Positions 1 to 7,911 of a stretch of DNA of 46,503 bases are shown here, piece by piece. The position numbers and the translations under genes were made by a program. Position 1 is the first letter of the stretch. Each line of letters opens with the position of its first letter. Below the pieces are notes generated by a model. It was not told the origin of the DNA. It saw only the letters and a list, made by a program, of their open reading frames with translations, and did not search any database. This DNA comes from Gammaproteobacteria bacterium (GTDB lineage Bacteria > Pseudomonadota > Gammaproteobacteria > JAADHQ01), in NCBI GenBank assembly GCA_013151795.1, contig JAADHQ010000040.1, forward strand, positions 1 to 46,503. The letters run 5' to 3'.

Positions 1-255
1 CATCGTTTTAAATCAGTTCCAAATTTAGCGAGTTATATATCGGTAAGAGTAATGATCTATGATGTTAGTAGAGATGATTTTGTCTACGATGGTACACTTG
101 TGCGTTATGGTTACCTAAATAAAACCAATTTAACACAAAATGAAGCTTTAATTGGTAAGAGTAAAGCATTATTCCTTGATGAATTAAAAAGACTCATTCC
201 AGTTTCAATGTATACGGTATTAAAAGATGTATCAATTATACGTACTGAAAAGTAA
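1..255 (+). CDS. C-terminal end of an unidentified protein; the gene starts upstream of the window
   Basis: Frame 1 is open from nt 1 (HRFKSVPNLASYISVRV precedes the tracked Met at 52) to the stop at 253-255. No motif recognised. Confidence 0.35.
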   Translation, partial: HRFKSVPNLASYISVRVMIYDVSRDDFVYDGTLVRYGYLNKTNLTQNEALIGKSKALFLDELKRLIPVSMYTVLKDVSIIRTEK

Positions 256-498
256 AAGGGTCAAAAGTAAAAGTGTCAGGTTGAACCTCCCCCAGTTTCA
301 CAGGTACTTTTAATCAGAGACTTTGGTCTCTCAAAGGAGTGAGCTACCCCCAATGATTTATCTTACCCCCATTGATCCTGGGATGTAGATAAATGCAGGC
401 AGGTTACAACAAACAAAGCTCAAAGCGTCATCCTGATAATCATAGGTGTTTTAAACCCTTGAGGCAGGACTATGAGTTCTATGTTTTCTCCACTAGAT

Positions 499-1053
499 TT
501 ATTCAACATAGAGTTCAAAATTGTCGAACTCTCTATAGGAGAGCCATTCATATATAACAGTATATTCGCCTGTTTTAATCTCGGCATGATATGCGGGACT
601 TCCATCAACAACACTTACGACCATTACACCTTGTTTAATTCGTTTCTTTTGCCTGAATTCTGCACTCATATCTTTATAATATGCACCTAAGATATATGTT
701 TTTGGCTTAGACCAGTATGTCGCCAGGTAATTACCGTCACCATATTTCAGAATGACTGTGTCGACTCCAAGTTCATTACCCCATTTTTGTGAAGCCCTTA
801 CACCAACAAACTCTAATTGAGGACTATCCATATAACAATAACCCATCATGATAAAACCCTTAACGTGCATCTCTGCGCTGGCTTTTTCCATGTCATCGAC
901 TTCAATGTAATTCACATCTCCGTTTGATTGAATAAACATGTCATCTTTAGGATTTTGTAAAGGAACATAAGACCAATAGTAATGTAATGGGTTTGCACAT
1001 GCCTGCAGTAGTAACAGGGCACCAGAAATTGTAATTGTTTTTAATTTTTTCAT
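499..1053 (-). CDS. Hypothetical lipoprotein
   Basis: N-terminus MKKLKTITISGALLLLQAC has a basic n-region, a hydrophobic core and an LLQAC lipobox. No catalytic motif recognised. Confidence 0.55.
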   Translation of the reverse strand: MKKLKTITISGALLLLQACANPLHYYWSYVPLQNPKDDMFIQSNGDVNYIEVDDMEKASAEMHVKGFIMMGYCYMDSPQLEFVGVRASQKWGNELGVDTVILKYGDGNYLATYWSKPKTYILGAYYKDMSAEFRQKKRIKQGVMVVSVVDGSPAYHAEIKTGEYTVIYEWLSYREFDNFELYVE

Positions 1054-1072
1054 TTAGTTTCCCCTGGCAACT

Positions 1073-1690
1073 CTATCGCTTGCAAGTCTCTTGGCTCTCT
1101 GCTGGCACTCCAAGGTTATTGGATGTACAGTTTTGATAGTTAATCCCGGACCCAATTCCTTGGCCACCTTCAATAATAAAACCCGAAACATCGATAAGAA
1201 AACCCGAATCAGGATCAAATAACTGATCTAATGGATTGCCTGGATTAAATTTGCTGGACTGCGGGACATTGTAGGTACCCATGTTGGCTTTTAAATTCTT
1301 TTGCTGCTGCTGCGCTTCCAGCTCTTGTAAACGTATCAACTTCTGCTGTCGTTCGTTCTCCAATCGATTGTAGTATGTTTGATTGGTATATTGATAACCG
1401 GATATCAGTCTTTTATTTTCTGCAGCAATTTGTGCAGCTTGAATATTATAAGCATTATTTATTGATTGACTTAGTGACATGTTAATTGCATTGACCGACC
1501 CGATGATAGGCGCGATTCTAGCCCAGATATCGTAAGGCTTGTGATACGTCCAGTAATTAGGACTATATAAGGATTCAGGCTGTACACCATCAGGTATAGG
1601 CTTTACTTCAGGAGCGCTCAGGCAACCCGTCAATAAAAACAATACGCCTGTTATTAAAGATTTATATAAAACCACAAAATTATATTTCAT
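1073..1690 (-). CDS. Hypothetical lipoprotein with a Gln-rich coiled-coil segment
   Basis: The tracked ORF begins at a GTG at 1747. The internal ATG at 1690 gives MKYNFVVLYKSLITGVLFLLTGC, a typical lipoprotein signal with an LLTGC lipobox. The central segment ENERQQKLIRLQELEAQQQQK looks like coiled coil. Confidence 0.5.
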   Translation of the reverse strand: MKYNFVVLYKSLITGVLFLLTGCLSAPEVKPIPDGVQPESLYSPNYWTYHKPYDIWARIAPIIGSVNAINMSLSQSINNAYNIQAAQIAAENKRLISGYQYTNQTYYNRLENERQQKLIRLQELEAQQQQKNLKANMGTYNVPQSSKFNPGNPLDQLFDPDSGFLIDVSGFIIEGGQGIGSGINYQNCTSNNLGVPAESQETCKR

Positions 1691-1996
1691 TTTTATATTA
1701 TTATTAAATATAATCACATTTTTCACCTTTTCTTGTTTGTGAACCACAAAAAAAATTGTTGCATACTCTTATGCAAAGTCTGAATCAGATAAATTCTCTC
1801 GCCTATTTATTGGCATAGTGTGAGTCATTTGAATAAACGACGTAACCCCCGGCCCTCCCAATGTAAGCCAGATAACACACAATCGCCGCCGATTATTGCA
1901 TTATTCTATATAAATAATAACATGCATTTATCACAAAACTATTCCATCAAAGTAACCCTTGACATAGTTAAGTAGAACGCAATAAAGGGATCAGAG

Positions 1997-2490
1997 TGAA
2001 CTTCCCTCAATATCCCGGTCACATTTATTAAGCAGTATGTATTCTTTTATATTCTAAAGGTGTTTTATAGTCTAAGAAGGGATGCAGTCGCTGTGAATGT
2101 AATGCAGCTCAATGTATTTGAATATAGATTGTTTGGCTTCCTGCCTGGTCGCATAATTTTTATCATTCACAAGCTCTTCCTTTAATGCATGGAAAAATTT
2201 TCAGCAACCGTACTATCATGACATTCATCTTTACGACTCATACTGCATATCATCTTGTGCCGATTTGGTTTTTCGCGATACATACCCAGTAGTATATTCG
2301 TTACCTTGATCTGAATGAACAAGAACACCTTGTGGTGAATCACGATGATTAATGGCTATATCTAATGCATCCAGCTTGTAATCGCCCTTGAGTAGATATC
2401 TAATATGATGGCCAGATAAAAATATCTTTCTCGTATCGGGATAAGGGTAATATCTGGACTTTTCAGGGTTTGGTCAACGCCCGTTTTATT
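1997..2490 (-). mobile_element. Degraded IS3-family insertion sequence remnant: about the last 145 codons of the OrfB DDE integrase core, split over three frames, plus a terminal-repeat-like outer end
   Basis: The minus strand reads SPDITLIPIRERYFYLAIILDIYSRAITSWMH(stop). After a frame change it reads LDALDIAINHRDSPQGVLVHSDQGNEYTTGYVSRKTKSAQDDMQYES(stop). After a second frame change it reads MSRKDECHDSTVAENFFHALKEELVNDKNYATRQEAKQSIFKYIELHYIHSDCIPS(stop at 2072-2074). The HSDQG..Y and NA.E.FF..LK.E patterns are typical of IS3 OrfB. The outer end starts TGAACTTCCC at 1997. OrfA and the OrfB N-terminus are absent. Confidence 0.75.
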
Positions 2491-2506
2491 TAACCAATAA
2501 TACTGG

Positions 2507-3046
2507 CTAGCATTTTCTTGGGAATTTATTCAATTTTCGTTGCAAGGTTCGCCGATGCATGTTCAGTGCTCTTGCCGATGCGGAAATATTACCATCATGC
2601 TCACTCAATACTTTATGAATATGTTCCCATTCCAGTCGTTCCACTGACATGGGTTGATCCGTAAGAGGCGTGTTTGTATCACCGGACTCTTTTTCAAAAG
2701 CAGCAATTATCTGGTCAGCATTTGCAGGTTTGGTAAGGTAATGTATGGCGCCAAGTTTGATGGCTTCTATAGCGGTAGCAATGCTGGCGTAGCCCGTTAA
2801 AATGACGATTTTAATTTCAGGTGAGTTTTTTAATAATTTGCTGATCAATGCCAGGCCTGATTCCTGAGCGATTCTCAAGTCTACTATTGCGTAGGCAGGT
2901 TTGTTGGAGAGGGCAACTTCAATAGCATCGGTGATGTTGGTTGCAATAAAAGGCTCAAAGTCTTTACGTTGCATTGCCCGTGAGAGTGCATCACAGAATA
3001 TTTCATCATCATCGACAATGAGTAATTTATTATTATTTTTAGTCAT
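2507..3046 (-). CDS. regA: Response regulator, RegA/PrrA/ActR/RoxR family (receiver domain plus short Fis-type HTH)
   Basis: Receiver motifs LLIVDDD, DLRI and TKP are present. The C-terminus NISASARALNMHRRTLQRKL is the Fis-type HTH typical of RegA. The gene overlaps the upstream kinase gene by 8 nt. Confidence 0.85.
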   Translation of the reverse strand: MTKNNNKLLIVDDDEIFCDALSRAMQRKDFEPFIATNITDAIEVALSNKPAYAIVDLRIAQESGLALISKLLKNSPEIKIVILTGYASIATAIEAIKLGAIHYLTKPANADQIIAAFEKESGDTNTPLTDQPMSVERLEWEHIHKVLSEHDGNISASARALNMHRRTLQRKLNKFPRKC

Positions 3047-4313
3047 ATTTGTTTATATCAGGGTCAATAGGTAATGATATATGCGTGAGAACACCACCTG
3101 ATTCGCGATTAGTTAATGATACCTGTCCACCAAATCGCTTAATAACAGCGTAGGCTATAAAGAGGCCAAGGCCCAATCCGTCCTGTTTGTTAGAATAGGG
3201 GCGTTTGCCCAGGTGGTCCAGTGCTTCGCCATCAAGGCCGGGGCCACTATCGTATATATCAATATTAATAATATGTTGATCCCATTGTGCCAGTAATTCA
3301 ATATTATCCGGTGATGCATCTGCAGCGTTGTCGAGTATATTATTAAGTGCATGTGTCAGTGAGTCATCAATGAGTATAACTGGAGCAGGAGTCTCGCCGC
3401 TGGTTTGGAATGTTATTGTTGCATCCGATCTTCTTTTTTCCCAGTTGGCTACAAGAGTCTGTATAAATTCATCTGCATGCATGCTGCGGCCACCTTCCAC
3501 GCTAAGGTTGCCTGCGCAGGCTGACAGGTTGGAAAGTGCATCTTTGCATCGTTCGATTTGAGTGCGGATGATATGTAATTGCTGTCTGGTGTCATCTGTT
3601 TCACAGTCTTCATAAAGCGTTTGTGATATTAACGCGACTGTACCAAGTGGAGTATTAAGCTCATGTGCAGTACTGGCTGCGAGTGTGCCGAGAGCAACCA
3701 GTTGTTCATCGCGTGCGGCCTGTTTATGTGCAGTGTGTAAATCTGTTTGTTGTTGATGGAGTAATTTCCCCAATCGTGAAACAAAGTAGGCAACAATGAG
3801 TGTTCCAAAAACAAAACCGGTCCACATCCCCATGATATGCAAGCTGAAGGAATCACCATCGTTATGCATTATGTTATGTGCAGGTTTATAAACCCAGACC
3901 AGAAAGCTGTAGAAAGAAATCGCAATGGCAGCCAGAGACCAGGTGTAAATCATGGGCAGTACGGTTGCTGAAATTATAATTGGCAATAGGAAAATCATTC
4001 CGAACGGATTGGATGCACCACCGCTTAGATATATCAGTATGCCAAAAAAGAATGTATCAATTAGTAAGTGTAGAAAAAATTCGTTGTGACTGACATGTTT
4101 ATTTCCTCGCAGTATACGTAGCCATGCAAGAATATTAAAAATAACGATAATGAATGTTGTAGTAGATAAAGCATTGACAGGCAGGTCAATTTTAAAACCG
4201 TAATTCGCTATGCTAATGACGGTTAGTATACCGATTATGGTCAGGTTCCGGAGTAAAAACAACTGCCTGAGTTGTTGACTATCCAGAGGCGGGTGTGTGC
4301 TTGATGTGCTCAT
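3039..4313 (-). CDS. regB: Redox-sensing histidine kinase, RegB/PrrB/ActS/RoxS family
   Basis: It has a multi-TM N-terminal half containing GGASNPF, which matches the conserved GGxxNPF quinone-site heptapeptide of RegB. The H-box is STAHELNTPLG, and N and G boxes (NNILDNA, DSGPG, GLGLGL) are present. Confidence 0.85.
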   Translation of the reverse strand: MSTSSTHPPLDSQQLRQLFLLRNLTIIGILTVISIANYGFKIDLPVNALSTTTFIIVIFNILAWLRILRGNKHVSHNEFFLHLLIDTFFFGILIYLSGGASNPFGMIFLLPIIISATVLPMIYTWSLAAIAISFYSFLVWVYKPAHNIMHNDGDSFSLHIMGMWTGFVFGTLIVAYFVSRLGKLLHQQQTDLHTAHKQAARDEQLVALGTLAASTAHELNTPLGTVALISQTLYEDCETDDTRQQLHIIRTQIERCKDALSNLSACAGNLSVEGGRSMHADEFIQTLVANWEKRRSDATITFQTSGETPAPVILIDDSLTHALNNILDNAADASPDNIELLAQWDQHIINIDIYDSGPGLDGEALDHLGKRPYSNKQDGLGLGLFIAYAVIKRFGGQVSLTNRESGGVLTHISLPIDPDINKYD

Positions 4314-4367
4314 ATTTTTTCAAATGCCAAGTAGAATATATTATAACATTTATTATGTTTATCAGGT

Positions 4368-4395
4368 GCGACCAATTGTCGCGCGTCAATTGGCC
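4368..4395. promoter_or_regulatory. Candidate RegA/PrrA-type operator in the regB / OMP divergent promoter
   Basis: GCGAC-caatt-GTCGC at 4368-4382 is a perfect inverted repeat. It is embedded in a 26-bp near-palindrome, GACCAATTGTCGCGCGTCAATTGGCC (4370-4395). Confidence 0.45.
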
Positions 4396-4459
4396 ACATT
4401 TTAGTGAAATGACAGCAGTGCTAGGATCTTCAGATCAGTAATATTTCTGGAGTATAGTT

Positions 4460-5614
4460 ATGATTCGATTGGCCCCGTTATTGTTATTAGTGTTAACCAG
4501 CTCCAGCCAGGCTTACATTGGCCTGTGTTGTGGAAAATGTGGCGGTAATATGCCCATGAATATACCAGGTGGAGGCGTACCGGAGACACATGAATTCAGG
4601 GTGAAGATCAGTCCAGTTGTTATGCATATGGAAGGGCTGGTGGATGATACCAATAAGGTCGCAGTAAGTGATGTGCTCGGTATGCCTGTCATGATGGGAA
4701 CACCGACAGGAAAATACATGGCTGCGCCGGAGTCTATGGATATGTCAATGCAAAATGTCATGCTGGGTTACAGTTTTACAGATGATTTCTTTGCAGGCTT
4801 GATGTTAATGCATTCCAGCAAGAGTATGGATATGCGTTTTAATTCAATGATGCAGGCAGTGACCGGTCAACAAGGTTTTACCATGAAGTCGAATGGGCTG
4901 ACTGATAGTATGTTAATGACAAAGTACAGGTTGTTTACTGATGACCCCCTTATTCCACGTAAACAAGTATCGTTGTTAATGAGTTTGAGTTTGCCTACAG
5001 GCTCAATTGACGAACGTAATAACAGGCATCCCGTTATGATGCGTAGAAACGAGTTGTTGCCATATGGTATGCAACTTGGGTCCGGTACGTTTGATCCAAC
5101 TGTCGGCTTGTTGTATCAGGCATCAAGTTCTCCGTATTGGTGGGGTGCCAATCTTTCCTATACTACAAGGCTTTACGACAATAAAAGGGATTATCGACTT
5201 GGCAATGAACTTAAACTTGATTTATATGGAATGTATCAGCTAAGGCAAGACTTTCTTGTGCAACTACAATTAAATACGCTTGATCGCGGAAAAATACGTG
5301 GAGAGGCTGGTGAGTCAGTTAGTGGTTTTTCAGGACATATCACAAAAAATGACCCCGATTCACCTTTTATGACCCCATTGTGGGAAACGGATTATTACGG
5401 TAAACAACAACTAAGTGTGACGGTTGGTTTCCAGTGGCAGCCTACCTCCCTGCAGATAATTGATTTTAGTATTTCAAAACCCGTGTACACCAGAACCAGT
5501 GGACTGCAATTAAAGGACGATTACCGCCTCATGCTAACCTGGTATATAGAAATGCCAACGAAAAAGAGCAGGCGATATAAAAAGTCATCTTCCCCGAGTT
5601 CATTGGGGTTCTAG
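4460..5614 (+). CDS. Met/Cys-rich outer-membrane beta-barrel protein, putative metal (copper) channel or binding protein
   Basis: The signal peptide ends in SSSQA and the mature N-terminus is YIGLCCGKCGGNMPMN. There are roughly 30 Met, most of them in residues 30-200 in MxM/MM clusters. The C-terminal half has alternating aromatic/Gly-rich strands and ends in Phe. Confidence 0.55.
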   Translation: MIRLAPLLLLVLTSSSQAYIGLCCGKCGGNMPMNIPGGGVPETHEFRVKISPVVMHMEGLVDDTNKVAVSDVLGMPVMMGTPTGKYMAAPESMDMSMQNVMLGYSFTDDFFAGLMLMHSSKSMDMRFNSMMQAVTGQQGFTMKSNGLTDSMLMTKYRLFTDDPLIPRKQVSLLMSLSLPTGSIDERNNRHPVMMRRNELLPYGMQLGSGTFDPTVGLLYQASSSPYWWGANLSYTTRLYDNKRDYRLGNELKLDLYGMYQLRQDFLVQLQLNTLDRGKIRGEAGESVSGFSGHITKNDPDSPFMTPLWETDYYGKQQLSVTVGFQWQPTSLQIIDFSISKPVYTRTSGLQLKDDYRLMLTWYIEMPTKKSRRYKKSSSPSSLGF

Positions 5615-5615
5615 T

Positions 5616-5918
5616 ATGTTTATAAAAACAGGTCAGATTTTTGGTGTTTTCATTATCATGTTTGTTACTGCATGTAATTCAATCCAGCCTAATAAATTGC
5701 AATATTTGCCTGAGTATAATTCGGCTTTAATAAAAGCCTATGTCAATACCTGTGGTCAATGTCATGCGATACCACATCCTGCCAGGCATTCATACGAAGA
5801 ATGGGGGCATGTTCTGGTTGCAATGAATAAACGAATGCAGGAAAGAGGGTATCAGGAGCCATCTCAGGCGTCTCGTAATCAAATAAACATATACCTTAAA
5901 AAGCATGCACGTAAATAG
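5616..5918 (+). CDS. Small monohaem c-type cytochrome-like lipoprotein
   Basis: It has an FVTAC lipobox and a single CGQCH (CxxCH) haem-attachment motif followed by HPARHSYEEWGHVLVAMNKRM. It starts 1 nt after the OMP gene ends. Confidence 0.5.
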   Translation: MFIKTGQIFGVFIIMFVTACNSIQPNKLQYLPEYNSALIKAYVNTCGQCHAIPHPARHSYEEWGHVLVAMNKRMQERGYQEPSQASRNQINIYLKKHARK

Positions 5919-6426
5919 ATTCATAATAAGTATTGCCACCCTGTATTTGTGTTTTACACAGACCGTCAATGCAAAAGAATTCGTATTTGATAGCCCCGGG
6001 GTTCGCCAGAATGCCCCTGAATTCATGGTGAAGGATTCAGGGAGAACATTTTTTTTGAGTGAGTATAAGGGGAAGGTAGTTTTGCTTAACTTCTGGTCGC
6101 TTGAATGTAAGCCCTGCATTGATGAAATGGATTCACTGGATATACTGAGTAGACGTTTTTATAATCAGGGGTTAAGAGTTATTGCGATTTCGTCAGATTC
6201 ACGCAAAAAACTTAAGCGGTATATTAAAAAGCATGATTACCATTTTGTCATTATGTACGACGAGAATATGAAAATCCGAAGGCTGTATGAAGTAAAAGGG
6301 TTGCCAACAACTTATATTATCGGCAGAGACGGCAAATTTATTGCCCGGATTATTGGAAGTCGTGATTGGGGTAGTGATCAAATAATAAATTACTTTTCAA
6401 AAAGATTAAAGATGATAGGTTATTGA
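5905..6426 (+). CDS. Periplasmic thiol:disulfide oxidoreductase, TlpA/ResA family
   Basis: It has a signal peptide, the thioredoxin-fold motif FWSLECKPC (CxxC), and a conserved GLPTTYIIGRDG segment. It overlaps the upstream gene by 14 nt. Confidence 0.75.
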   Translation: MHVNRFIISIATLYLCFTQTVNAKEFVFDSPGVRQNAPEFMVKDSGRTFFLSEYKGKVVLLNFWSLECKPCIDEMDSLDILSRRFYNQGLRVIAISSDSRKKLKRYIKKHDYHFVIMYDENMKIRRLYEVKGLPTTYIIGRDGKFIARIIGSRDWGSDQIINYFSKRLKMIGY

Positions 6427-6510
6427 AATCTATGGGGTGAGACGCGATTGATTGATCATATTTGTCCGTGTATGATATGAAAATAACAGGGAAAAACAAG
6501 AGAGGCCTGG

Positions 6511-6675
6511 ATGGCCCTATTACCGAGATATACAATTCCAGAACAGCCACAGCATGTTATCCAACGTGGTAATAATCGAGGTATTATATTTGTAGCACGA
6601 TCAATGAGGTCAGGCTGTAGTACTCCAGAATGGATTGATCCTTTTATAGAAATAGTGACTAAGATGGATATCTAA
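6511..6675 (+). pseudogene. N-terminal stub of a REP-associated tyrosine transposase (IS200/IS605-like Y1 transposase, RAYT)
   Basis: The ORF encodes MALLPRYTIPEQPQHVIQRGNNRGIIFVAR. This matches the P..H.IQRGNNR..F N-terminal signature of this family. The similarity is lost after about 30 residues and the ORF stops after 54 codons. Confidence 0.45.
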
Positions 6676-6996
6676 ATGAAAAATTTTATTCTATTGGTAA
6701 TGCTTACGTTTTCTTTTTCTGTTCACGCGCTTTCTTATGAACAAAGATTACAAAAAGTGATTGATCTTGAAGAACAATGTTTGCAAGAACGAACAAGATT
6801 ACTGAAGGGGTTGCAGCAACAAAAAATTAATGAGTGCACTAATAGTGACTCTTCCAATAAGGAAGATTGTGAATTCTATTATAGTGATTATGGTTGGGGG
6901 TCAGCTTCCGGGCACGGTTTAAGATCACCGCGTTTTTTTGATCAAATACCTATATGCGAAAAGGCATTCGAAGCACAAGAAAATATCGATCGATAG
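6676..6996 (+). CDS. Small secreted Cys-containing hypothetical protein
   Basis: The signal peptide is MKNFILLVMLTFSFSVHA. The protein has four Cys. No family recognised. Confidence 0.4.
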   Translation: MKNFILLVMLTFSFSVHALSYEQRLQKVIDLEEQCLQERTRLLKGLQQQKINECTNSDSSNKEDCEFYYSDYGWGSASGHGLRSPRFFDQIPICEKAFEAQENIDR

Positions 6997-7580
6997 ATGA
7001 AATGTACCAGTTTTTTCTGTTGAATCAGGCAAAATTATATTTTTACCCATATAGCTACCTGATTATCTGTTGTGCCTTGATCGTTAACGTCTGTTGATTT
7101 GAAAAAAGGGTTGTGAACGCTGTCTTGTTTGCTTAAGCACATTTTTATATCTGTTCTATCAAGTACGGTTATTTGTATTATTTTGTAAATTTTCGAGGTT
7201 GAGGCTTTGTCATGCGCCATATGTGCTGACACGGCTGTTTCAGGTGGGGGCTATGGTGTTGCGCTACCAAGGTGCGGGATACTGGCTTTTCAGGGCGGAG
7301 TGCATAGCCCGTTAATGTTTATAATTTTGTTTTTCATGCGTAAGCAGTCACCTTAGGCATATCTGATTTAGTAATTAATTGTAATCGATTTTGAATATGT
7401 TGCTCTATATTCCCCTGGTTTTACGAAAATAAATATTAATATTTCTTAATATTGTGTCGATATATAGCTTGAATTAGATCAAAAATTATATATGGTTACT
7501 TACCACCTGAAATTTGTACTTGATTTTTCTGCAAAACATATAAATATTATGGACTTTAGGCATGCTTAAACACATTAAGC

Positions 7581-7596
7581 TTCAACACTTCAACAC
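7581..7596 (+). repeat. 8-bp perfect tandem duplication TTCAACAC x2 (frameshift 1 in the cyclase gene)
   Basis: Read directly: 7581-7588 is identical to 7589-7596. Confidence 0.95.
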
Positions 7597-7895
7597 TTAT
7601 TATTTGTAGCATTTACAATTATTGCCAGTTTGCCGGTATTTATATTGGGTTACTGGGTTCAACGTGTTGCTTTGGAAGATGAAGTAGAAAAGGTCGAGGA
7701 AAAGCATCTGCAGGTGGCAAAAAATGTCACCCGCGATCTTGGTCGTTATGTTATGGATGTTGAGGCAGGTATTGAATTTATTACATCAAATTTAATACTG
7801 AAGAATAAACTTGATGGCGTTGCAAAGCTTCTGTCAAAGCTTGATATTCGCTACATCTGTATCACGGACAATAATGGTAATATTCAAATTGAATT

Positions 7896-7911
7896 ACCGG
7901 TTAACCGGTTA
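7896..7911 (+). repeat. 8-bp perfect tandem duplication ACCGGTTA x2 (frameshift 2 in the cyclase gene); creates the palindrome ACCGGTTAACCGGT
   Basis: Read directly: 7896-7903 is identical to 7904-7911. Confidence 0.95.

Noticed and set aside
1759-1776. Inverted repeat TTGCATA-ctct-TATGCAA about 70 bp upstream of the second lipoprotein gene; a similar short palindrome CACTAT-gca-ATAGTG lies at 43031-43045
   Set aside because: Short AT-rich palindromes like these are expected by chance in AT-rich intergenic DNA, and no cognate regulator is evident nearby. They are noted only as possible operators.
7035-7337. A minus-strand frame of 101 codons from ATG 7337 (AAGGTG 11 nt upstream) to 7035, interrupted only by one TGA and one TAG; it includes the tracked 65-aa ORF 7035-7232. 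An 8-bp inverted repeat (GGGCTATG at 7248-7255, CATAGCCC at 7303-7310) was also noticed and considered as a riboswitch upstream of the cyclase gene.
   Set aside because: I recognise no protein family or motif, the composition is low-complexity, and the spacing of the ribosome-binding site is poor. The inverted repeat does not match c-di-GMP riboswitch or other riboswitch consensus elements that I can recall. It is left unannotated. It could be a nonsense-decayed small gene, and a database search would decide.
7581-7911. Treating the two cyclase frameshifts as ordinary sequencing errors
   Set aside because: They are perfect 8-bp duplications of complex sequence, not homopolymer length errors, so base-calling artefacts are unlikely. 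Assembly-level verification is still recommended.
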